49,297 nucleotides of DNA from Minisyncoccota bacterium (GCA_028710915.1 JAQTTF010000002.1:1-49297), one strand, 5' to 3'; shown: positions 10,079 through 19,578, counted from the first letter of the stretch. The notes: generated by a model from the sequence alone, not told the origin. Program-made: numbers and translations.

Positions 10079-10948
10079 ATGATGACACTTCGAGAGGCTA
10101 TTACCGATGCGATACGAAAAAAGGTGGCGGTGGGGCATTTTAATATTTCGAATCTTGAAGGATTCTGGGCGGTGTTTCGTGCGGCACAGAAATTGGGTGT
10201 GCCAGTGATTATAGGCGCATCGGAGGGCGAGCGGGATTTTATTGGCGTAAAACAAGTAGCGGCACTCGTAAAAAGTGTGCGTGAAGAATTTAATTATCCA
10301 GTCTATTTGAATGCTGATCACACGTATTCGTTTGAAAAAGTGAAAGAGGCGATTGATGCCGGATTTGATGCTGTGATTTATGATGGCGCGAAACTTTCAC
10401 TCGAAGAAAATACTGCGGCGACGAAAAAATGTGTTGAATATGCTCGCCAATGCGGGAGGGATGTTCTTGTTGAAGCAGAACTGGGCTTTATCGGGCAGTC
10501 TTCAAAAATTTTGGATGCCGTGCCGGAAGGCGTCGGGCTTTCAGGGGATGCTCTCACCAAGCCAGAGGTTGCGGCGAAATTTGTAAAAGAAACGGGAATT
10601 GATCTTTTTGCGCCATCAGTAGGAAATTTCCATGGAATGGTAAAAGATAGTGGAGCGGTAAAAAAGATTGATGATGTCCGCGTCTCTGAAATTTTCAAAG
10701 CAACGGAAGTTCCACTCGTGCTTCATGGTGGGTCAGGGACATCTGATGAGGAATTTCTAGCTGCAATAAAATCTGGTATTGCAATTGTTCATATCAATAC
10801 TGAACTTCGTGTGGCATATCGAAAAGGCCTCACACTTTCTCTTCAGGAAATGCCGGATGAAATTGCTCCTTATAAATATTTGAAAGGTGCTCTTCTCGCG
10901 ATGCAAAAAGTGGTGGAGGAGAAACTCAAACTTTTTAATAATTTATAG
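10079..10948 (+). CDS. fba: class II fructose-bisphosphate aldolase
   Basis: VAVGHFN, IIGASEGE, LNADH, LHGGSG motifs; ATG 10079 is 7 nt after TACAAT. Confidence 0.85.
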   Translation: MMTLREAITDAIRKKVAVGHFNISNLEGFWAVFRAAQKLGVPVIIGASEGERDFIGVKQVAALVKSVREEFNYPVYLNADHTYSFEKVKEAIDAGFDAVIYDGAKLSLEENTAATKKCVEYARQCGRDVLVEAELGFIGQSSKILDAVPEGVGLSGDALTKPEVAAKFVKETGIDLFAPSVGNFHGMVKDSGAVKKIDDVRVSEIFKATEVPLVLHGGSGTSDEEFLAAIKSGIAIVHINTELRVAYRKGLTLSLQEMPDEIAPYKYLKGALLAMQKVVEEKLKLFNNL

Positions 10949-10954
10949 ATTAAT

Positions 10955-11446
10955 ATGAATTCACAGATTCCATATCTTGTTTTCATTCTCGTTTCTTCTG
11001 TTCTTGGTTTCATAATCAATCATCGGGCTTACAAAAAACAGTATGAAAATTTATCTGATATAGAAAAGCAACAGTACGATGAAAATCCTCAGTTCAGTCT
11101 CGCGAGTCTCAAGATGAGGAATAAAATACGTTTTACTGCGATGATTACTATAGGGCCAGCTCTCGTGATCGGACTTATGATTATTTTTTGGTTTGGGCCC
11201 AAAGGTCTTATTCCATCACTTTTTATTATGTCTGTCGGTGCATTTATTGTTCCTTCTTTTGCGTCGAAGATGCCAACTACTATCTACCAAGATAGCCCTT
11301 CGGTATCTATTGGAGATAAGAATCAAGCTAATCTTTTACCAGATGGCCCCAAGATTTCACCTATTATCGGGTGGGGAGTTTCTCTCTTTTTCTTAGGAGC
11401 TCTCCTTCTCGCCACTATTTATGGGATTACGCATATAAATGGCTAG
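10955..11446 (+). CDS. hypothetical membrane protein (163 aa, about 4 TM)
   Basis: Hydrophobic segments only; no recognisable motif. Confidence 0.5.
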   Translation: MNSQIPYLVFILVSSVLGFIINHRAYKKQYENLSDIEKQQYDENPQFSLASLKMRNKIRFTAMITIGPALVIGLMIIFWFGPKGLIPSLFIMSVGAFIVPSFASKMPTTIYQDSPSVSIGDKNQANLLPDGPKISPIIGWGVSLFFLGALLLATIYGITHING

Positions 11447-11467
11447 GATCTCTGTGTCTCGAGACTT

Positions 11468-11495
11468 TTGACAAATTCCTTCAATTCCGTATACT
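11468..11495 (+). promoter_or_regulatory. sigma70-type promoter TTGACA-16-TATACT, 7 nt before rplY ATG (leaderless)
   Basis: TTGACA 11468-11473, TATACT 11490-11495, ATG 11503. Confidence 0.65.
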
Positions 11496-11502
11496 GATGC
11501 CC

Positions 11503-12222
11503 ATGCTTAAATTGGATGTAGAAAAGCGGGATGACAAAATTTCCGCGGAAAAGTTGCGAAAAGACGGCAAAATGCCGGCTGTTTTCTATGGACGAAAGGT
11601 AAAATCTACGCCCGTTTCTGTATCTCAAAAAGAGTTCATCAAGGTCTGGAAAAAGGTTGGAGAATCTTCAGTTTTCACTGTTCAGGAAGGAAAGGAAGAA
11701 CACGATGCTTTGATCCAGGACGTTGATATTGACCCGATCAAAAGTATTCCTCGACACGCTGATTTTTATATCATTGAAAAAGGACAGAAGCTCAAGGTGA
11801 AGGTTCCTACAGAATTCGTCGGTGTTGCTCCTGCGGTGAAAGATCTCGGAGGAATTCTCGTCAAGGTGCTCCACGAAATTGAACTTGAGGCGGAGCCAAA
11901 AAATCTTCCGCACGTTGTTTCTATAGATATTTCTGCACTCGTTATGCTTGATAGTCATATTTCCGCAAAAGATATTAAACTTCCTGCAAATGTAACTTTG
12001 GTTACCAAGCCGGACGAAGTCGTCGCTTCGATCGCGGTTGCCAAGGAAGAAGTTGAAGAAGTCCCAGTTGATCTTGCATCTATTGAAGTGACTGACGCAA
12101 AGGGTATCAAACCAGGAGAGGAAGGTGCAGAGGGAGTTCCTGCGGATGCTGCGAAAGCGCCAGCAGGCAAGGAGGGAGCAAAACCTGAGGCTGCAAAAAA
12201 AGAAGCTCCAGCTAAAAAATAA
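11503..12222 (+). CDS. rplY: ribosomal protein L25/Ctc with Ala/Lys/Pro/Glu-rich C-terminal tail
   Basis: MLKLDVEKR..LRKDGKMPAVFYGRK L25 N-domain; second ATG chosen from promoter spacing (11497 also possible). Confidence 0.85.
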   Translation: MLKLDVEKRDDKISAEKLRKDGKMPAVFYGRKVKSTPVSVSQKEFIKVWKKVGESSVFTVQEGKEEHDALIQDVDIDPIKSIPRHADFYIIEKGQKLKVKVPTEFVGVAPAVKDLGGILVKVLHEIELEAEPKNLPHVVSIDISALVMLDSHISAKDIKLPANVTLVTKPDEVVASIAVAKEEVEEVPVDLASIEVTDAKGIKPGEEGAEGVPADAAKAPAGKEGAKPEAAKKEAPAKK

Positions 12223-12231
12223 CAAAATTCA

Positions 12232-12304
12232 AAAAGCCGCGCCCGGGTCGCCCCTCAATGGACATTGGTGCGACATGATTTCGCTAAATCAGGGCGCGGC
12301 TTTT
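12232..12304 (+). other. 73-nt GC-rich three-way-junction element (possible rplY terminator or structured RNA)
   Basis: P1 13 bp (12232-12244/12292-12304), P2 gtcgc/gcgac plus caat/attg with ggac loop, P3 tgattt-cgct-aaatca. Confidence 0.45.
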
Positions 12305-12321
12305 CCTTTCTGAATCTTATT

Positions 12322-12357
12322 TAAAAAAATAAAACATCCGCACGACGTGTGCGGATG
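12322..12357 (-). terminator. intrinsic terminator of purL
   Basis: catccgcac-gacgt-gtgcggatg (12335-12357) followed on the minus strand by TTTTATTTTTTT. Confidence 0.8.
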
Positions 12358-12384
12358 TGACAAATAACGATAAACAGAAAGGAT

Positions 12385-15300
12385 TTATGCAGCAACAGCA
12401 GTTCTTTGGTGTTTCCAAACTGCAGTCTTGTCGCACCACTCCCTAGCGTTCTGGAACATCCGAAGCCAGGGTGCGGAGATAAGGTTCTGCCATTCCTTTG
12501 GCAAATGAGGGATTTGCCAGAGCCGGACAGTTCGTTCGGGATGGAGCATGAATGCAAGATGCCTGCCATCCGGACTTGTGAGAGCGGCGAAGCCACCCTC
12601 TGAACCATTCGGGTTGTAAGGATAGGCTTCTGTCGCCGTTCCGTTCGGGTCAACATAAACAATCGGGACGAGGTTTCCATCCACGGCAAGCTTCCGGAGC
12701 GCGGCATTCGGGAAAACAAGTCTCCCTTCGCCATGCGCGCAGAATGCGCCGAGGATTGAACCTTCCATACCGGAAAGCATGATGGACGGGCTCTTCTGGA
12801 TTCGTACCCGCACCCATCTTGCTTCGAACTTTCCGGAACGATTGTGTTTGAAGCGTGGTTGATGTCGTTCCTGTGCATCTTTGAACGGCACCCATCCAAT
12901 CATCGGTTCGAGCTGACAGCCGTTGCACACGCCGAGTGAGAAAGTGTCGGGACGAGCGTAGAACTCGTCGAACATCTTTTTCAGTCTCCGCTTCTGGTTA
13001 ATTTTCTCGGCCCATCCGCGCGCGCTGCCGAAGGTGTCTCTGTGCGAGAATCCTCCGACAAAAACTACGCCTCGGAAAAGGCTCAAATCAATTAATCCAT
13101 ACAAAAGGTCGGTCATGTGAACTTCCATCGTCCTGAACCCCGCGTTCTTCAGTGCGTCGTGCATTTCCACTTCGCCGTTTGAACCTTCGTCCCGAATGAC
13201 TGCCACCCACGGCTTTTCCTTTGCATACAGGAATTTCCGAAGGGTAGGAGTTGGAACGAAGGATAAATGATGACGAAGTGAAAATGGCGATGCACTCTCG
13301 GCGATCCGGTGACGAAGTTCTTCGCGAGCAAGCTCGGGAGGAACTTGTTCTTCGGAAAGCCGTGCTGAAGTGGCTTCGAACCATCCGCGAAGAACACCGT
13401 TGCCTTCGTTGAGGACAGTTCTGCCATTTACAGCAACGCGTACCCGTTTCTCTTCTTTGGTTGTACCGATTGGGCGGAGAGGAAGCTTGTGGCGTTTGCA
13501 GATTTCTTTGAGCTTGGCCGCAGAAACTTCATCGTTCGCACACTCGACTACGACGCCGCACTCTTCATTGAAAAGCGTAGCGTTCGCGGAAGCAGTACTC
13601 TTCATATTGATGTCGATCCCGCAGTTGCCGGAAAGCGCCATCTTGACGAGCGTTGTGATAATCCCGCCATCGGTTCGCAGATTTCCGGAAAGGATTGCTC
13701 CTTCGCGGATCATGTCCTGCGTGGCCGAGAGGATGGATTTGAGCAGTCGGAAATTGACATCCGGCGCATCATCGCCGATCTGGTCGAGCGACTTCAAGAG
13801 CGCTGATCCGCCGAGGCGTTTCTTTCCGCCCGAGAGATCGATGTAATAGAGCGTACTCTTGCCAGGCGCCTTGAGATCGGGAGTAATGACCTTGCGGATG
13901 TCCGGTACAGTTACATAGCCGGCGATGACGATCTGCATCATGGACTTCACGAGCTTGCGGAGCATCTTCAAAGCAAGCGACGAAGAATCTTTGCCGCCGA
14001 CTTCTGGTATGCACATCTTGATCATTGCATCCGAGAGCGCGGTGACCGAATCGTACAAGTCAGCGCCTTCTCCGGGAAGTTTGACCGGACCCATCCAATT
14101 CACTCGGCAGTTGATGTCGAGCGGACTGGTCATAAGCACCCACATGATGCTGAGCACCATGTCTGCAAATGATTTCCGAGCCCCGCGTCCTGGATCAAGA
14201 AGTAGAACATTGGGAGACTGTCCCATTGACGTTGCGCCGCCCGCCACATCTTTGTGCGAGAAAGCAACAACACCAAGAGGTGACACAGGAAGCTGAAGCT
14301 CCCCACAACAGTCGCCCCTTGCAACGAGCCCGCCGACGGAACCATCCACCTTGTCACGCAGGAAGCTGAAGAAGCCGATTTCCGGCATTTTCGCTATCCT
14401 TTGAAGAGCGTCACGCACGGTAAGTCCACGCGGAATGCTCGGGGGAATGGTATTGCGGACGATATGGTTGGACTCAAACGTGCGCTGCGGGAGTTTCTTC
14501 AACATATCCCGGAGCGTGAGGTCAACCAGTGGTTCCTTTTCATTTCCATCGAGGCCGATGACCGTGAATTTCCCGTCGCCGGTAATTCTTCCCAAGACTT
14601 CCATCGGGCAGTTCTCGCGTTTGCAGATGCGCTTCAAAAGCGCGAGATTCTCTGCATAGACGAGGACGCCGACGCGTTCCTGGTATTCGGCGCAGAAGAT
14701 TTCCGTCTCGGACATCGTCTTGTCACCTTGTCGTATCCGGGCGAGGTAAATCTTTCCTCCGGCCGGATAGATGAGTTCGGAAATGATATTGCATACGCCG
14801 CCGGCACCTTGGTCGTGGATACAGACGAACGGATTGCGGATTCCCTGTTCAGAGCAGGAGCGGACGATGTTGAACATCTTCTTTCCCATCTCGCCGTCGC
14901 CGCGCTGAACTGAATTCAAATCCACATCAACTCGTGATACGCCGCCGATAAGACTTGAAGCGGCGCCTCCGGCGAAACCGACAGGGAATGCTCCACCACC
15001 GAACTGGACTATGTACATTCCTTCTCTCGCTTTTCGCTTTCTTAGGTTGACGTGCTGAATTTTCCCAATTCCGCCGCTATAGATGACAGGTTTGAGTGAT
15101 TCACGCCGACCTTCCCACGGAGTGTTGTAGCCGCCGGTTCTGACGCGGATAAGGATGCACGGCTCGCCAACTTCGTTGGCATAACCGAAGACACCGTCAC
15201 TCGCTTCGATCAGGATGTCCTTTGGCTTCATCTGTGGGTAGTTGTAGGTCCAGTACGGATGTTCGCCCGGGATCCGATAACCCCTGGGGTGAAGCTCGCC

Positions 15301-16254
15301 GGTATGGAAGAGGGCAGTCGAGGCGATCATGAGAGAACCGCGTCCTCCCGCCACATTGTCCCTCTCTCTTCCTCCGGTGTCAGTCAATCCTCCTTGATAT
15401 GCCGCAATGAGACAAGGATGATTGTGCGTTTCTGCCGTAAAGGTCAAGTGATAGATACACTTTCGTGACACCGTTTCACTTGGCTTGTCCGGCTCGAGCG
15501 CAACCAACCGTTCGACTCGGAAGCCCCTCATGGCGCTTACGTTGTCGTCGAATGCGAGAAGGCAGTTTCGCCGTCCGCAAACCTCGAGAGGTTTGCGGAC
15601 AAGCTCGAAAAGCGTTTCGCGCATGAGCTTGCCGTCAATCTTCTGCAGAGCAAACAGGAAGCCGTGCCGACAATGTTCCGAAGTGGCATTTGCCCAACCG
15701 GCGATGGTGGTAAGGAATGGATCTTTACCTCTGCGCCTGCAGACTTCTACGAAATAGCGCATGCTTTCCATATCCATACCGAAACCGTATTGCTTGTTGA
15801 CCGGAATGAGCGCCTCGATCCCTTTTTCAAGAATAGGGTAACGAGGTGTCTCGGGGCGTTCCTTTCCCGTCTCGAAAGATTCGAGGATTTTTCTGTAGAT
15901 CTCCTCGACCTTTCGATCGAAAGCCCTGTCGTCATTTAGGATGTCTCCTGGCCGGCCGCGGACGCGGCGAGCCATTTCCACGCGCCTGATCTTAGTGATG
16001 CCGAGCGCCCGGAAAATAGTGACTCCATTGGACGAGTGAGGCGTTTCAAATGAGCGCCGGGGTCCAATCTCTGTGACGTTCCTACCACGAAAAGCCGGGC
16101 GATGGGTCAAACCTTCCGGTTTGTCGCTATCGCGAAGAACCCGCACCACTTTTGCCATTTCGAACTTTGAGAGCGGCTGTTTGCTCTCAATGTAGAAATG
16201 CAGTTGCACCGTCTTCTTGTCCGTCGCCTTGTAGAAATGATTCATGGCCACCAT
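12385..16254 (-). CDS. purL: phosphoribosylformylglycinamidine (FGAM) synthase, single-chain large type, 1289 aa
   Basis: AETHNHP, HDQGAGGV, VGGKDSS in synthetase part; GVCNGCQ, AHGEGR, LHPER glutaminase triad region; clearly GC-richer than flanks. Confidence 0.85.
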   Translation of the reverse strand: MVAMNHFYKATDKKTVQLHFYIESKQPLSKFEMAKVVRVLRDSDKPEGLTHRPAFRGRNVTEIGPRRSFETPHSSNGVTIFRALGITKIRRVEMARRVRGRPGDILNDDRAFDRKVEEIYRKILESFETGKERPETPRYPILEKGIEALIPVNKQYGFGMDMESMRYFVEVCRRRGKDPFLTTIAGWANATSEHCRHGFLFALQKIDGKLMRETLFELVRKPLEVCGRRNCLLAFDDNVSAMRGFRVERLVALEPDKPSETVSRKCIYHLTFTAETHNHPCLIAAYQGGLTDTGGRERDNVAGGRGSLMIASTALFHTGELHPRGYRIPGEHPYWTYNYPQMKPKDILIEASDGVFGYANEVGEPCILIRVRTGGYNTPWEGRRESLKPVIYSGGIGKIQHVNLRKRKAREGMYIVQFGGGAFPVGFAGGAASSLIGGVSRVDVDLNSVQRGDGEMGKKMFNIVRSCSEQGIRNPFVCIHDQGAGGVCNIISELIYPAGGKIYLARIRQGDKTMSETEIFCAEYQERVGVLVYAENLALLKRICKRENCPMEVLGRITGDGKFTVIGLDGNEKEPLVDLTLRDMLKKLPQRTFESNHIVRNTIPPSIPRGLTVRDALQRIAKMPEIGFFSFLRDKVDGSVGGLVARGDCCGELQLPVSPLGVVAFSHKDVAGGATSMGQSPNVLLLDPGRGARKSFADMVLSIMWVLMTSPLDINCRVNWMGPVKLPGEGADLYDSVTALSDAMIKMCIPEVGGKDSSSLALKMLRKLVKSMMQIVIAGYVTVPDIRKVITPDLKAPGKSTLYYIDLSGGKKRLGGSALLKSLDQIGDDAPDVNFRLLKSILSATQDMIREGAILSGNLRTDGGIITTLVKMALSGNCGIDINMKSTASANATLFNEECGVVVECANDEVSAAKLKEICKRHKLPLRPIGTTKEEKRVRVAVNGRTVLNEGNGVLRGWFEATSARLSEEQVPPELAREELRHRIAESASPFSLRHHLSFVPTPTLRKFLYAKEKPWVAVIRDEGSNGEVEMHDALKNAGFRTMEVHMTDLLYGLIDLSLFRGVVFVGGFSHRDTFGSARGWAEKINQKRRLKKMFDEFYARPDTFSLGVCNGCQLEPMIGWVPFKDAQERHQPRFKHNRSGKFEARWVRVRIQKSPSIMLSGMEGSILGAFCAHGEGRLVFPNAALRKLAVDGNLVPIVYVDPNGTATEAYPYNPNGSEGGFAALTSPDGRHLAFMLHPERTVRLWQIPHLPKEWQNLISAPWLRMFQNAREWCDKTAVWKHQRTAVAA

Positions 16255-16396
16255 GACTGTGTTTCCTTTCTGTAAAAACGTGAAAAGAGCAAAAAGAGCC
16301 AGTACTACACTAGATCCACACTATCACTTTCAAGTATGCATTTCAAAGCCAATATAATATGAAAGGATTTAATTTAAAATGTGATAAAATGTAGCC

Positions 16397-17758
16397 GTGT
16401 CTGTAACAAAGACAATCCTTTTTCTTTTTGTAACAGTCTTCCTGGTTTCGGGAGTTTTTATTGCGTATCCGCATTTTGCTAAGGCAGATTTAACTGCAGA
16501 CGCAGTGCAGAAGCGTGAAGATGCACTTAAGGCACAGCTTGCGGAGCTTACAGCAGAGATAGCTCAAAAACAGGCGCTTCTTGACGCCAAGCACGGGGAA
16601 TCAGCATCTCTTCAGAGAGACATCGCACTTCTCAATGGAAAAATCGATAAAGCCAAGTTGAGCATAAAAGCGAGCGATCTTATTTTGGAGCAATTAAGCA
16701 ATGATATCGGGATCAAATCGCAGACAATATCTACTCTCGAAGATCGAATAGCAAAAAATAAAGAATCACTCGCTGATCTTTTGCGAAAAACAAATCAGAC
16801 AGAAAATAATTCTCTCGTTGAAATGATCTTGAATGATCAATCAATTTCGGACTTTGTGTCAGACCTCGATTCGTTTGATTCCATTAAGAGTTCTCTTCGA
16901 GATCTCTATTTCCAGATAACTGATCAAAAACAAACAACCGAAACGGAAAAGCAGTCGCTTGAGGAAAAAAGCAAGGAGGAGGCAGATGCGAAGGCTATTC
17001 TTGAGGAACAGAAAGCGCAGGTCGAGCTGAACCAAAAGGCAAAAAATGATCTCTTAACCGTCACGAAATCGCAAGAACAGAATTATGCTTTAGCTGTGGC
17101 GCAGAGACAGAAACAAGCGGCTGCAATACGGGCGGCACTTTTCCAACTTCAGGGTACTGCGGCAATTCCATTCGGCACTGCTCTTGAATATGCAAACTTT
17201 GTATCCCAAAAGACCGGGGTTCGGCCCGCATTTCTACTTGCAATCCTTACCCAAGAAACAAATCTCGGGCAGAATGTGGGGACTTGTAATAGGCCAGGGG
17301 ACCCTCCCTCGAAACAGTGGAAAGCGATTATGCCCGGACCAGGAGATAAATCAAGCAGAGATGACGAATCGGCTTATTTGAGTATAACTTCGAAGCTTGG
17401 CCTCGATCCCGATAGTATGCCGCTCTCGTGTCCATGGAAAGGAGGGTGGGGAGGAGCGATGGGACCAGCACAATTTATTCCGACCACGTGGCTCGCTTTT
17501 GCGGGAAGGATCGCTCCGCTTCTTGGTGTTGATACGCCAAATCCATGGGCGCCGAAGGACGCGTTTATGGCCTCGGGAATTTATCTTGCTGATTTGGGAG
17601 CGAATAAGGGAGGTTTCAGCGCAGAAAATGTCGCTGCTCTCAAGTACTACGCTGGAAGTAATTGGTATAAAAAAGCGAATGCTTTTTACGGCACTCAAGT
17701 TATGGCGAAAGCATTAAGTATCCAGACGACGATGATTGATCCTCTGCAGAATCTCTAA
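16397..17758 (+). CDS. membrane-anchored coiled-coil protein with C-terminal lytic transglycosylase (MltB/SLT-like) domain
   Basis: N-terminal TM, about 230 aa coiled coil, then LLAILTQETNLGQ (catalytic Glu context) and GPAQFIPTTW; GTG start 6 nt after TGtgATAAAAT-like -10. Confidence 0.7.
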   Translation: MSVTKTILFLFVTVFLVSGVFIAYPHFAKADLTADAVQKREDALKAQLAELTAEIAQKQALLDAKHGESASLQRDIALLNGKIDKAKLSIKASDLILEQLSNDIGIKSQTISTLEDRIAKNKESLADLLRKTNQTENNSLVEMILNDQSISDFVSDLDSFDSIKSSLRDLYFQITDQKQTTETEKQSLEEKSKEEADAKAILEEQKAQVELNQKAKNDLLTVTKSQEQNYALAVAQRQKQAAAIRAALFQLQGTAAIPFGTALEYANFVSQKTGVRPAFLLAILTQETNLGQNVGTCNRPGDPPSKQWKAIMPGPGDKSSRDDESAYLSITSKLGLDPDSMPLSCPWKGGWGGAMGPAQFIPTTWLAFAGRIAPLLGVDTPNPWAPKDAFMASGIYLADLGANKGGFSAENVAALKYYAGSNWYKKANAFYGTQVMAKALSIQTTMIDPLQNL

Positions 17759-17766
17759 TTTTTGGT

Positions 17767-17976
17767 TTACGATTTTTCGTGGAGGCCTATGCGATACATC
17801 CGGTCTCCGTCGCCAGTAATGAAAGTGAGATATTTTCCCTGTTCCGGGAAATTTGTCTGATCATCTCCCTCTGGTGAATGCGATGTATCTAGTTGTATGT
17901 TTATGCCGCTTCTATCCGACAAAGCGTCGCTAATTCTTCTTTTCGTTTCTTCGTCCGATTTGACATAGAAAGCCAC
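17767..17976 (-). CDS. hypothetical 69-aa ORF (GTG start); same frame as upstream 60-aa ORF
   Basis: In frame with 17989-18171, separated by one TAA (17989-17991) plus 4 codons; may be the 3' half of a disrupted gene. Confidence 0.35.
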   Translation of the reverse strand: MAFYVKSDEETKRRISDALSDRSGINIQLDTSHSPEGDDQTNFPEQGKYLTFITGDGDRMYRIGLHEKS

Positions 17977-17988
17977 CAGCGCCTCTGT

Positions 17989-18171
17989 TTAAGTACCCAA
18001 TTTCGGCTGTTCGATAAGTAATCTTTCAAAATCAGGGACCTTTCGATAAAGCATTTCCATAAGTTCTTTTGTTGTTGTAGGCGGTTGTTCCAAAATAATT
18101 GTCGGCCGCTCATTTCGTGCCTCGATTTCAGTTTCTTCGTTTTGTCCTACATTTATTGATTCGGTATTCAT
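17989..18171 (-). CDS. hypothetical 60-aa ORF with its own leaderless promoter
   Basis: ATG 18171 is 7 nt after TATAAT of a TTGCGG-17-TATAAT promoter; upstream part of the track ORF overlaps rpmE and is rejected. Confidence 0.45.
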   Translation of the reverse strand: MNTESINVGQNEETEIEARNERPTIILEQPPTTTKELMEMLYRKVPDFERLLIEQPKLGT

Positions 18172-18178
18172 AGGTTTT

Positions 18179-18207
18179 ATTATATCTGAGGAACTTTGAC
18201 CCCGCAA
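18179..18207 (-). promoter_or_regulatory. promoter TTGCGG-17-TATAAT (minus strand)
   Basis: plus-strand ccgcaa 18202-18207 and attata 18179-18184. Confidence 0.6.
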
Positions 18208-18217
18208 AGATAGCTGT

Positions 18218-18246
18218 TTGCCAAGGAAAGTTAGTTCTGCTATAGT
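18218..18246 (+). promoter_or_regulatory. promoter TTGCCA-17-TATAGT, 9 nt before rpmE ATG
   Basis: TTGCCA 18218-18223, TATAGT 18241-18246, ATG 18256. Confidence 0.65.
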
Positions 18247-18255
18247 ATCCGAGCT

Positions 18256-18495
18256 ATGCAAAAAGAGATACATCCAACATATTTCCCAAATGCCAAAGTA
18301 AAATGCGCCTGTGGCAAAACCTATACTGTCGGCTCGACCCGAGAGGCTTTTGAAGTTGAAATCTGCTCTTCTTGCCATCCATTCTATTCTGGTTCAGAAA
18401 AAATCATCGACACTGCGGGACGAGTTGAGAAATTCAAGGCTCGAAAGGCAAAGGCGGGAGATACTACTAAGAAGGCAAAGACTTCAGCAAAATAA
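18256..18495 (+). CDS. rpmE: ribosomal protein L31
   Basis: [33 protein letters not shown]. Confidence 0.93.
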   Translation: MQKEIHPTYFPNAKVKCACGKTYTVGSTREAFEVEICSSCHPFYSGSEKIIDTAGRVEKFKARKAKAGDTTKKAKTSAK

Positions 18496-18510
18496 CTCGA
18501 TACAAAACGA

Positions 18511-18546
18511 AAAAATCCGACGGCTGTTTTGGCCGCGGATTTTTTC
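18511..18546 (+). terminator. intrinsic terminator after rpmE
   Basis: aaaaatccg(a)cggc-tgttttg-gccgcggattttt then T-run. Confidence 0.7.
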
Positions 18547-18571
18547 TTATCTTTAAGGTAAAATTACGACT

Positions 18572-19540
18572 ATGGATTTAAAAATCTACAAAGAAAATCA
18601 CAAAACAAGCTTTCTTGCTTCTGAATATGAACGTCTAGATCGTGAAGAGGCGGGACTTTTGGCTATGATCGAAAAAGATCCTTCTTATAAAGATCTCGCA
18701 GAAGATGATTTGAAAGGCATGCGAGAACAGAAAGAGAATCTTTTGAAACAGATGAATGAAATTTTGGAAGGGGACAAAGCCGAAGAAGAATTTCCGAATG
18801 AAGTTGTTCTTGAAATCCGTGCCGGAGCGGGAGGGGATGAAGCCGCGCTTTTTGCCGAGGAATTGTCTCGAATGTATGGAAAATATGCAGAGTCTCGAAA
18901 CTGGTCATTTCTTCCACTCGATGAGTCTCAAAGCGCGCTTGGTGGCTACAAAGAAGCTACATTTGAAATGCGAGGAAAAGAAGTCTACAAAACCATGCGA
19001 TTTGAGACTGGAGTGCACCGAGTTCAGCGTGTTCCTGCAACCGAAAAAATGGGACGCGTACATACCTCAACCATTTCCGTCGCGGTACTTCCAATTCGTA
19101 AGAAATCAACGGTCGTGATTAATCCTACCGATATTGAAATGGAATTTTCCAAATCTGGCGGGAAGGGAGGCCAGAACGTGAATAAAGTGGAGACCGCAGT
19201 GCGACTCGTTCATAAGCCGACAGGGCTTGAAGTGAAATGTACGAATGAACGAAGTCAGGGACGAAACCGAGAAAAAGCGATGTCGATGCTTATTGCCAAG
19301 CTCGAAATGCTTCAGGAAGAACAGGATGCGAAAAAATACTCGGCAAATCGTAAAAATCAGATCGGAACAGCCGACCGTTCCGAGAAAATCCGCACTTATA
19401 ATTTTCCGCAAAATCGTATTACCGACCATCGCCTAAAGAAGTCCTGGTACAGCTTGGAAAAGATAATGACGGGCGAATTTGAACCGATTGCTGAGGCTAT
19501 GATTAAGGGTGAAATTGGAAATGAGGAGGAGGGGGAGTAA
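18572..19540 (+). CDS. prfA: peptide chain release factor 1 (short N-terminus, 322 aa)
   Basis: RVQRVPATE (PxT tripeptide = RF1), [16 protein letters not shown] (GGQ). Confidence 0.88.
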   Translation: MDLKIYKENHKTSFLASEYERLDREEAGLLAMIEKDPSYKDLAEDDLKGMREQKENLLKQMNEILEGDKAEEEFPNEVVLEIRAGAGGDEAALFAEELSRMYGKYAESRNWSFLPLDESQSALGGYKEATFEMRGKEVYKTMRFETGVHRVQRVPATEKMGRVHTSTISVAVLPIRKKSTVVINPTDIEMEFSKSGGKGGQNVNKVETAVRLVHKPTGLEVKCTNERSQGRNREKAMSMLIAKLEMLQEEQDAKKYSANRKNQIGTADRSEKIRTYNFPQNRITDHRLKKSWYSLEKIMTGEFEPIAEAMIKGEIGNEEEGE

Positions 19541-19570
19541 TTTGCATTCTTCATCTCAATCTGCTAGACT
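19541..19570 (+). promoter_or_regulatory. promoter TTGCAT-18-TAGACT, 8 nt before rpsB ATG
   Basis: TTGCAT 19541-19546, TAGACT 19565-19570, ATG 19579. Confidence 0.55.
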
Positions 19571-19578
19571 TTTCCTCC

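Noticed and set aside
12374-16273. 10-nt inverted repeat ACAGAAAGGA just outside both ends of the purL CDS, as possible terminal inverted repeats.
   Set aside because: It is short, purine-rich and SD-like, and the right copy is the purL ribosome-binding region. Chance or functional RBS similarity is the more likely explanation. The 11-nt direct repeat is reported instead.
16255-16396. Purine or ZTP riboswitch in the purL 5' region; TPP-like CUGAG in the 36.4-kb leader.
   Set aside because: No purine-riboswitch junction sequences or ZTP pfl-motif cores are visible. The CUGAG word lacks the accompanying ACCUGAUCUGGAUAAUGCC-type half of a TPP aptamer.
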